A stretch of 64,000 nt of DNA from a virus: IMG/VR virus record IMGVR_UViG_3300028393_001967. The stretch is one strand, 5' to 3'. Of the stretch, positions 7,246 to 14,130 are shown in pieces (within the stretch, counting starts at the first letter, position 1; each line of letters opens with the position of its first letter). A program made the position numbers and the translations under genes. The notes beneath the pieces are model-generated. The model had not been told where the DNA came from, ran no database searches, and saw only the letters and a program-made list of their open reading frames with translations.

Positions 7246-7416
7246 ATGTCAGAAGAAATTCAAGTAGAACAGGTAGAACCCACTGCTAAAAAGTGTGGTT
7301 GCGGTCGTAGCCCATTGGGCGTATGCATTGGTTGGCACGCACTAGGTGAAGACGAATTCCGTCAAGCACTTGCTGTATATGAATCTAATGTTATTCCTAA
7401 GAATGATTTGATTTAA
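7246..7416 (+). CDS. small CDGSH-like Fe-S/Zn protein
   Basis: CGCGRSPLGVCIGWH; TAAGGA RBS before ATG 7246. Confidence 0.6.
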   Translation: MSEEIQVEQVEPTAKKCGCGRSPLGVCIGWHALGEDEFRQALAVYESNVIPKNDLI

Positions 7417-7421
7417 ACACG

Positions 7422-7495
7422 GCCCTACTAGTACAATGGTAGTACACTGGTTTTGTAATCCTGTGATGGCAGTTCGATTCTGTCGTGGGGCACCA
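7422..7495 (+). tRNA. tRNA-Thr(UGU)
   Basis: Loop TT TGT AA, two U-U mismatches in the anticodon stem, ACCA. Confidence 0.82.
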
Positions 7496-7502
7496 AGGGA
7501 AA

Positions 7503-7702
7503 CCCGGTTTACACTTTTACCGTTATAAAAGTGGGTGGGGCAGTCACCATAGAGAGCGCCGGGTGTGCAGTGCATTGACCATTAGTTCCCCATTTAAGGG
7601 ATACTAGAACGCATTGGGTGAGGACTAACGCCTTTCCAGAAGAAGAAATGTTATGGACGGGGCAACCACCCAGTTCAGGGCTCTTGTGGTGAGAGTAGCT
7701 GG
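7503..7702 (+). ncRNA. orphan structured RNA (~200 nt)
   Basis: GC-rich non-coding gap; CCGGTTTAC/GTAGCTGG and TCACCATAGAGAGC/GCTCTTGTGGTGA long-range helices. Confidence 0.55.
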
Positions 7703-7704
7703 AC

Positions 7705-7839
7705 ACTTTATTATAATGCATTGACTATGCGGACTTCATCCCAGTAGTAGCAATACTGCCCAAATCGTCTTTAAAGGTGCCTGTGGGTCGACTTAGTCAA
7801 AGCAGGTGAACATTTGTCGTTAGTGTGTTATAATAAAGT
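7705..7839 (+). ncRNA. stem-closed small RNA
   Basis: 21-bp terminal stem ACTTTATTATAATGCATTGAC/GTTAGTGTGTTATAATAAAGT with G-U pairs. Confidence 0.55.
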
Positions 7840-7841
7840 AT

Positions 7842-7915
7842 GCGGGATTAGTTTAATGGTAAAACAGCAGATTTCCAATCTTCGGTCAAGAGTTCGATTC
7901 TCTTATCCCGCTCCA
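7842..7915 (+). tRNA. tRNA-Gly(UCC)
   Basis: GCGGGAT/ATCCCGC, loop TT TCC AA, TCCA. Confidence 0.92.
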
Positions 7916-7930
7916 AGATTAAGATAGGTA

Positions 7931-8443
7931 ATGATGAAAGAAAAGTTTAAGCAAGCATTCATGGATACAGCCCGGCGGTTCGCAGAACTTAGCCACGCTC
8001 GTAGACTAAAAGTTGGTGCTATTGTAGTCAAAGATGATCGCATCATTAGCATTGGTTACAATGGTATGCCCGCAGGTTGGGATAACAACTGTGAAGACCA
8101 AGTATGGGATAGTGGTGCAGGTGGCTGGTTAGATCCAGAAGAGTTTGATGCCAAGTATCCATATGAAGGTTGGCACGAAGGTGCTCAACGTGATGTACGT
8201 TACGGATTAAAAACTAAACCAGAGGTATTACATGCTGAATCAAACGCGATTGCGAAATTGGCTAAGTGTGGTGAGTCCGGATTGGGGGCAACCTTATTCG
8301 TTACTCACAGTCCTTGTATTCAGTGTGCTAAACTTATTTTACAGTCTGGCATTAGTAACGTTTATTATAATGAAAATTATAGAGATGATTCAGGCTTGAC
8401 ATTCCTTGAGAAGTCAGGTATAATAGTAGAACAAGTTAAGTAA
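7931..8443 (+). CDS. dCMP deaminase
   Basis: GYNG, HAESNAI and SPCIQC zinc motifs. Confidence 0.92.
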   Translation: MMKEKFKQAFMDTARRFAELSHARRLKVGAIVVKDDRIISIGYNGMPAGWDNNCEDQVWDSGAGGWLDPEEFDAKYPYEGWHEGAQRDVRYGLKTKPEVLHAESNAIAKLAKCGESGLGATLFVTHSPCIQCAKLILQSGISNVYYNENYRDDSGLTFLEKSGIIVEQVK

Positions 8444-8450
8444 GATTTTT

Positions 8451-8525
8451 GCGTCGTTAGTTCAGCGGTAGAACTCCATCCTTACACGGTGGCTGTCGGC
8501 GGTTCGATCCCGTCACGACGTACCA
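8451..8525 (+). tRNA. tRNA-Val(UAC)
   Basis: Loop CT TAC AC, ACCA. Confidence 0.92.
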
Positions 8526-8532
8526 GTTTATT

Positions 8533-8609
8533 CGGAGTGTAGCTCAGTCTGGTAGAGCACTGCGTTTGGGACGCAGGGGCCCAAGGTTCGAATCCTTGTA
8601 CTCCGACCA
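8533..8609 (+). tRNA. tRNA-Pro(UGG)
   Basis: CGGAGTG/TACTCCG, loop TT TGG GA, ACCA. Confidence 0.94.
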
Positions 8610-8614
8610 AGAAC

Positions 8615-8801
8615 GTTCTGTCTAATCAGCAGATAGTATGACCCGTACGATGAGAAGTGCTGTGATAAGCAAGGGTGGTAGTCTTCTTACCAAAAGGCCG
8701 CTAGCAATGCGAGAACGGTCCCTGTCGGGGAGCGGGTGGAAGGTACGTGTGATGACTCCAAAGGTCTGATGTACTATAATTACCGCCGGGGGATGCAGAG
8801 C
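8615..8801 (+). ncRNA. orphan structured RNA with a C/D-type kink-turn
   Basis: GTTCTG/CAGAGC closure; GGTGGTAGT/ATTACCGCC helix; GTAC..GTGATGA...CTGA.GTAC. Confidence 0.55.
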
Positions 8802-8830
8802 ATTTATTTTAAAATATTTTTAAAAAAGTG

Positions 8831-8901
8831 TTGACAAACAGTAAGAAGTTTGCTACAATATATACATACACTAAGCAATTAGCGTATACGTTCTTTAAAA
8901 A
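8831..8901 (+). promoter_or_regulatory. sigma70 promoter, GCAA hairpin and boxA-like element
   Basis: TTGACA-17-TACAAT; TACACTAA-GCAA-TTAGCGTA; GTTCTTTAAAAA at 8890. Confidence 0.65.
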
Positions 8902-8916
8902 ATCGAGTATAAGAAG

Positions 8917-9030
8917 TTCTTATACAACTGCCCACTAAGGCGTAGGCCACGCTGATATGGTTAGAGCATAGCATTGTCTATTGGCAATGTCCACAGGTTC
9001 AAATCCTGTAGGTGTGCAGTTGTATAAGAA
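8917..9030 (+). ncRNA. tRNA-like element sealed by a 15-bp stem, no CCA
   Basis: TTCTTATACAACTGC/GCAGTTGTATAAGAA; D-like arm; ACAGG-TTCAAAT-CCTGT T-arm. Confidence 0.6.
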
Positions 9031-9034
9031 TTTA

Positions 9035-9926
9035 AGGGTAGTTTAATATCCTGTAGGCGGTTCGCCGTCGACGAAGAATAACTGTGGTGACACAGCCAAA
9101 GGAGGTATGCCTACATAACTCCGCTAGTAATAGTTCGTTTAGACAAGCCTGCTCACTGTCGCGAGACAGCGATCACTGATAAGACCGGTGGTTGTAACAA
9201 TGACGCTGGATGTTGTGGAAAGAACCTTTGCTTACAAGCCCGCAAGGGGAACTTGAGTAGATGGAAAGTAACAGGTGGTGCTGACTTCACAACTAAACCA
9301 GTCCAGTTAATTAGTATGAGAAAGGGTAGTGTATTTGTCCGAAGGGTTGCACCTAAGGGCTTGTATGCAGTTTGAGTGGTTAGTGGAGGCTGTCAGCAAT
9401 GGCGGGGTCGACACAGATCGCAAAAGACGACTGAGTAGTTCGCAAGACAAAAGGTACGTGGTGTGTTGTATTATGTAGTCCAAAAGATTATGTAGCAACT
9501 GAGTCAGCACATCGCAGTAGGTTTACAGTAGCACAATGGTAGTGCAATTCCCTTTTAAGGAATAGGCTGTTGGTTCAAATCCAACCTTATATAAAATGCA
9601 AAGACTGACTCGGTCGTATGTGAAAGACATCTAATACTTGGCTCGTAAGAGAACTAAGTCTAATTAAACTCGCAAGGTGAGATTAGTTTATACAGGATGT
9701 TTCGTAAGGTGTTAGCGCACTTGAATGGCTCGCAAGGTCAACGGAATGGAAAGTGTAGAATAGCATACGGCGACGTGACTACTGCCTGTCACTAAAAACG
9801 GCGATGTTGACAACAGACTAGGATACCTAGCAATAGGGCTTAGTGGAAGTCGGAAGAAAGTAGACTCGCAAGGTTTACAATAATGTCCGAGGTGTTGTTC
9901 GGTAAGGATGTATTCTCAGTCCTCCA
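9035..9926 (+). ncRNA. large ornate ncRNA, GOLLD-like, with an embedded tRNA-Lys-like module
   Basis: ~890 nt without a credible ORF, at least 9 GNRA-capped hairpins, inside a phage tRNA operon; family name is inference. Confidence 0.6.
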
Positions 9927-10019
9927 TTATATTAAAGTACATTTAATTTATACATAGTGTAGATATTAAGGCAGTGACACCGCTGTGATTAGAAACGTCA
10001 TAAGTGTGCTTCAATATAA
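9927..10019 (+). ncRNA. stem-closed small RNA
   Basis: TTATATTAAAGTACATTTA/TAAGTGTGCTTCAATATAA terminal stem. Confidence 0.45.
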
Positions 10020-10051
10020 ATTCGTTTTGCAAGTTTTCTCAAAACTTGACT

Positions 10052-10284
10052 GTGAGTGTGTGGAGATGAGAGATTGCCTATCAATCTACTCTTAAAAAGT
10101 ATATTGGAAACAACTCCGCGATTTAGTGTACCGAGATGAATTGGCTTAATTGCTTTGTTTATTGATGCTCGGAAATATTAGATCCACTGTTTATTGTTTT
10201 TTGCTTTAGTAAAGGTTGCCTTAAAACCAACTTGGTCTAATGTCAATTGCACATTGTCCTGCAATTAACTTGCCATACGCTCAC
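10052..10284 (+). promoter_or_regulatory. structured leader RNA with U/G-rich loops
   Basis: 12-bp GTGAGTGTGTGG/CCATACGCTCAC closure; repeated TGTTTATTG. Confidence 0.45.
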
Positions 10285-10316
10285 TGTATTTTAAATCAAA
10301 TGAAAGGAACTCGATT

Positions 10317-10883
10317 ATGAAATTAACACTTCGCAAAGCAAACGCTCTACAAAACACAATCCAAGAACACATCAAGACTATCGAAGTCACTGCCACAGTT
10401 TCATTGAACGAGTTTCAAACTCCTTCTGTTGAGTTGGTAACCGCCCGTAACACATTAGTTACTAATGATGGTAAACGTGCTGCCTTGACCAAGACCCTGT
10501 ATGGCATTCGTGCTCAAGTTGGTCGTGCCAATGTTGAGTCTGGTGTTAGCGATTTGCTGGCAGATGCCGCATACGTTGACAAGCGTTTGGTACAATTGAA
10601 GGTGTTGACTGACAGCAAGGTAGTTGAGACTGATGCAGTTATCGACGGCAAGTTGGAAAAGATCCGCACACAAGAAAAGACTAGCCGTATGTATGGCTAT
10701 GCTGACACTGTTGATACTGGTGTTCTAACAGCAGAACAAATTGAAGGTTACAAGGCAGCAATGCGTGACTTGAAGAAACAAAAGCAAACAATCAACGACA
10801 AGGTGTTGGAACTTAATGTTCGCACTGAAATTGAATTGAGTGCTGAAACTGTTGCACTGCTACAAGCAGAACAGTTGGTATAA
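10317..10883 (+). CDS. hypothetical coiled-coil protein
   Basis: AAAGGAA RBS; helical composition. Confidence 0.8.
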   Translation: MKLTLRKANALQNTIQEHIKTIEVTATVSLNEFQTPSVELVTARNTLVTNDGKRAALTKTLYGIRAQVGRANVESGVSDLLADAAYVDKRLVQLKVLTDSKVVETDAVIDGKLEKIRTQEKTSRMYGYADTVDTGVLTAEQIEGYKAAMRDLKKQKQTINDKVLELNVRTEIELSAETVALLQAEQLV

Positions 10884-10889
10884 ATATAC

Positions 10890-10963
10890 AGCGGGTAGGG
10901 TGGTCACCACACCGGTCTCATAAGCCAGGTGCATCGGCAGTTCGAATCTGTCACCCGCATCCA
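10890..10963 (+). tRNA. atypical tRNA with CAU anticodon and reduced D-arm
   Basis: GCGGGT/ACCCGC with 1:72 mismatch, loop CT CAT AA, GTTCGAA, TCCA. Confidence 0.7.
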
Positions 10964-10982
10964 TTAACATCTACCAGATGCT

Positions 10983-11738
10983 ATGTTTTTAGATGATTTT
11001 TATTCTTCAATCACTCCTGAAATGGCCAAAACTGTGTTTGGCGAAAAAGCCCACTTTCATTGGGGAGCTCAAAGTCAGTCGGCTAATCCTTTTGATCAAG
11101 CAGTAATTGATATATTTCCTTATATTAAAAAAGGATCAAAGGTATTAGATTGTGGTTGTGGGTGGGGAGGTCCGGGAAGAATGTTCCAGGAACAATTAAA
11201 TTGTGATGTAACTGGAGTAACTATTTCCAAAGTCCAAGCAGACTACTCTAATCAATTTTTTCCTACATATCACGCTGATCTACACAATTTTAAATCTGAT
11301 CAGCATTACGACGTGGCTATATTTTTCGAAAGCTATTTTCACTTGGAACACGGTGATCAAGTTTTGAAAAACTTACAAAATAATGTTGATCAAATTATAA
11401 TCAAAGATTTTACTGTAGATGTTGATGGGAGTAGGGCATTGCCAGCTTGGTACGGGAAATGTAGAAGTAAGGATCAATTTTTTTCAGAAATTGAATCAGC
11501 AGGTTTTACAGTAAAAGAATTTAAAAATCCACTGATTGAAAACTATTATCAAGATACGATGGATCATTGGATTGAAGGTTTAAAAAAACTTAATCTATCT
11601 AGATTGCCTATGTTAATGAACACCGTTCAAAATTTATGCATTCATTATCAAACCATGAAAAATTTAGATGACTATACCAGTAATCACAAAGATTGTCGGT
11701 ATGCTTGTACCATACACGCAATAAAGAATGTATCATAA
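10983..11738 (+). CDS. class I SAM methyltransferase
   Basis: HFHWG...VLDCGCGWGG...VTGVTIS. Confidence 0.85.
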   Translation: MFLDDFYSSITPEMAKTVFGEKAHFHWGAQSQSANPFDQAVIDIFPYIKKGSKVLDCGCGWGGPGRMFQEQLNCDVTGVTISKVQADYSNQFFPTYHADLHNFKSDQHYDVAIFFESYFHLEHGDQVLKNLQNNVDQIIIKDFTVDVDGSRALPAWYGKCRSKDQFFSEIESAGFTVKEFKNPLIENYYQDTMDHWIEGLKKLNLSRLPMLMNTVQNLCIHYQTMKNLDDYTSNHKDCRYACTIHAIKNVS

Positions 11739-11791
11739 TTTTTGATACCAATTTGATTGACATAGATATTAAATAAATATATACTGTAAGT

Positions 11792-12262
11792 TAAGACTGT
11801 ATGAAGTCGATTGAAAAGGATTCTGGACGCGGGTTCGACTCCCGCCAGGTCCACCATAAGGAAGTTTGATGATTTTACAAGATTTAGAATATATTTTCAA
11901 GCCGCAAGTTGACGAAGGTACAACCAAGTTGTACTTTATGTTGATAGATGGTGAGCATACGATGATGGAACGACACAATGCTAGTGATATTGAATCATTA
12001 GTTCCAATGTTAGATTCATTTCAATATGCTGGTACAGAAATTCGTATTCCTCGTTTTATAAAGTAAGTTTTCTTATGATGGGCCTGCCATGGTTTCGACA
12101 GGGTCAAGAGTAATGAAATGGACAGTCCGGCAATGTAGAAGCCGTTAGGGTTGGGGTTTCCCGGCCGAAGACACAAAACCTATAAATGCAAACGATTCAG
12201 TTTACGCATTGGCCGCCTAAACGCAGCCTGGGGTAAGACATACCTCGCAACAGAAACTCAAA
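11792..12262 (+). ncRNA. ssrA: two-piece circularly permuted tmRNA (acceptor piece ~11792-11856, coding piece 12080-~12262)
   Basis: GACGCGGGTTCGACTCCCGCCAGGTCCACCA precedes GGGCCTG..GGTTTCGACAG; G3-U70 pair; tag ANDSVYALAA* at 12188-12220. Confidence 0.92.
11866..12066 (+). CDS. hypothetical protein inside the tmRNA intervening segment
   Basis: 66-aa ORF fills the spacer; TAAGGA RBS. Confidence 0.65.
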   Translation: MMILQDLEYIFKPQVDEGTTKLYFMLIDGEHTMMERHNASDIESLVPMLDSFQYAGTEIRIPRFIK

Positions 12263-12263
12263 G

Positions 12264-12286
12264 TAGGCTCTCCGGAGCCTATTTTT
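12264..12286 (+). terminator. intrinsic terminator after ssrA
   Basis: TAGGCTC-TCCG-GAGCCTA followed by a T run. Confidence 0.75.
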
Positions 12287-12386
12287 ATGACTATAGAAGT
12301 CATAGGAATTTTCAATTGAAAAATGCTATTTTTAGGTTGATTCCTATAGTAAATAAAAGTACAATATTATTTTACAAGGAGACTGT

Positions 12387-12836
12387 ATGTCTATTACAAT
12401 TAAAAATCTTGAAAGCGCATTGGCGGGTGAGAGTCAAGCACACATCAAGTATCGTTACTTTGCAAAGATTGCAAGGGAAGAAGGTTACGAAGATGTTGCA
12501 CGACATTTTGAGCATACTGCTGACCAAGAGTTGCTACACGCTTGGGGTCATTTGGAATTACTAATTGGTAAACCAAATACTCGAGAATGTTTGGAAAAAG
12601 CCATTGAAGGTGAAACATATGAGTTTACTACAATGTATCCAGACTTCAAACGTGCAGCAGAACTTGAAGGCAATACCAAAGCCGCTTTTGAAGCCAATCA
12701 CCAAATTGAAGAAAGTAAAGAACACGCTGAACAATTTGCTGCTGTATTGGCCAAAGCTGAAAAACGCTTTGCAGCATTGCAAAAAGTTGAGCAACGTCAC
12801 GCCGCCGCATATCAATCTGTATTGGAGAAACTATAA
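12387..12836 (+). CDS. rubrerythrin (diiron domain)
   Basis: NLESALAGESQA..Y..FA, ExxH pairs, EGETYEFTTMYP. Confidence 0.92.
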   Translation: MSITIKNLESALAGESQAHIKYRYFAKIAREEGYEDVARHFEHTADQELLHAWGHLELLIGKPNTRECLEKAIEGETYEFTTMYPDFKRAAELEGNTKAAFEANHQIEESKEHAEQFAAVLAKAEKRFAALQKVEQRHAAAYQSVLEKL

Positions 12837-12970
12837 TGGAACACGTTTGCATTGTCTGTGGTCACATTCACGATGAGGAAACTGAAGGCGTTTGGGATAC
12901 ACTTCCAGATGATTTTACCTGCCCAGAGTGTGGTGTAGGTAAAGAAGACTACGAAGATATAGTAGTATAA
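12836..12970 (+). CDS. rubredoxin (not in the ORF track)
   Basis: MEHVCIVCGHIHD...LPDDFTCPECGVGK; TAATG coupling. Confidence 0.9.
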   Translation: MEHVCIVCGHIHDEETEGVWDTLPDDFTCPECGVGKEDYEDIVV

Positions 12971-13069
12971 AAATAACCAAATCACTTTACAGGAGATAAT
13001 TTCTCCTGTATAATAAATACATACAGCAAAGAGATAGACTCCGAGCGACATTATTCAAAGGATTTTTGA

Positions 13070-14089
13070 ATGTCTAAACAATATGATACCCTTGTCCTAA
13101 TCGGACGTTTTCAACCGTTTCACACAGCACATTTGATGCTGGCACATAGAGCCACTGCTAAATGTAAACAATTGATCTTTATTTGCGGCAGCGCTAATCA
13201 GCCACGCACTTACAAGAATCCCTTTACCTTTCACGAACGTAGCGTAATGATCAAGTACGCAACTAGTGGACTTGACTTGCAGGTTCAAGTTGAACCCAAT
13301 CCAGATACAATTTACAATGACCAAGCGTGGGCAGTTCGTGTTCAAGCATTGGTTGCTAAACATACCAAACCGGGTGATAACATTGGTATTATTGGGCACA
13401 AGAAAGATCCAAGTTCGTTTTACTTAGATATGTTCCCGCAATGGGGTTTTGAAGAAGTAGAACTGCTTGAACCACTTGATGCTACTGACATTCGCGAGTT
13501 GTATTTCAAACGTGATGTCAATATGAACTTTATTAAGAATGTTGTACCGCCGAGTACTTTTGATTTCTTAATGGCGTTTTCACTTACCGCAGAGTACGAA
13601 CAAGTGATCCGTGAACGTGAATTCATTATTGAACACAAAAAGCAATATGCTGGATTGAAGTATCCTCCAATCTTTAGTACTGCCGACGCTGTGGTCATTT
13701 GCAGTGGTCACGTACTAATGATCAAACGCCGTGCTGAACCAGGTCGCGGCCTTTGGGCACTGCCTGGCGGTTATGTCAATGCTAATACAGACAAAAGTGT
13801 TGAGGCCGCTATGTTGCGTGAACTACGTGAAGAAACACAGATCAAGGTTCCTGCTCCAGTACTTAAAGGTAGTATTGTTCGTAGCAGAGTATTTGATGCA
13901 ATTGACCGTAGTCCACGAGGTCGTATAATTACACACGCTTTCCACATTGTTCTACCTGATGGCGAACTTCCAAAAGTCAAAGGTAGTGATGATGCAGAAA
14001 AGGCTAGATGGGTGCCTATTGCAGAGGTCCGGTCGGATCAATGCTTTGAAGACCATTACGAAATCCTACAGCATTTTGTAGGTGCATAA
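13070..14089 (+). CDS. nadM: bifunctional NMN adenylyltransferase / Nudix ADP-ribose pyrophosphatase
   Basis: GRFQPFHTAH; Nudix box PGG..RELREET; GSDDAEKARW. Confidence 0.93.
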   Translation: MSKQYDTLVLIGRFQPFHTAHLMLAHRATAKCKQLIFICGSANQPRTYKNPFTFHERSVMIKYATSGLDLQVQVEPNPDTIYNDQAWAVRVQALVAKHTKPGDNIGIIGHKKDPSSFYLDMFPQWGFEEVELLEPLDATDIRELYFKRDVNMNFIKNVVPPSTFDFLMAFSLTAEYEQVIREREFIIEHKKQYAGLKYPPIFSTADAVVICSGHVLMIKRRAEPGRGLWALPGGYVNANTDKSVEAAMLRELREETQIKVPAPVLKGSIVRSRVFDAIDRSPRGRIITHAFHIVLPDGELPKVKGSDDAEKARWVPIAEVRSDQCFEDHYEILQHFVGA

Positions 14090-14130
14090 GCGATAGACGC
14101 GAATGCTTTTAACTTTAAAGGAACTTTAAA

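Noticed and set aside
7503-7702. 5S rRNA or 6S RNA
   Set aside because: Only the GAGAGTAG half of loop E matches; length and helix order fit neither
1107-12564. ORF-track entries overlapping tRNAs, tmRNA or ncRNAs (e.g. 1107-1298, 1399-1611, 1819-2034, 6443-6640, 9307-9510, 11769-11978, 12151-12564)
   Set aside because: Shadow ORFs over structured RNA genes; no RBS or protein motifs
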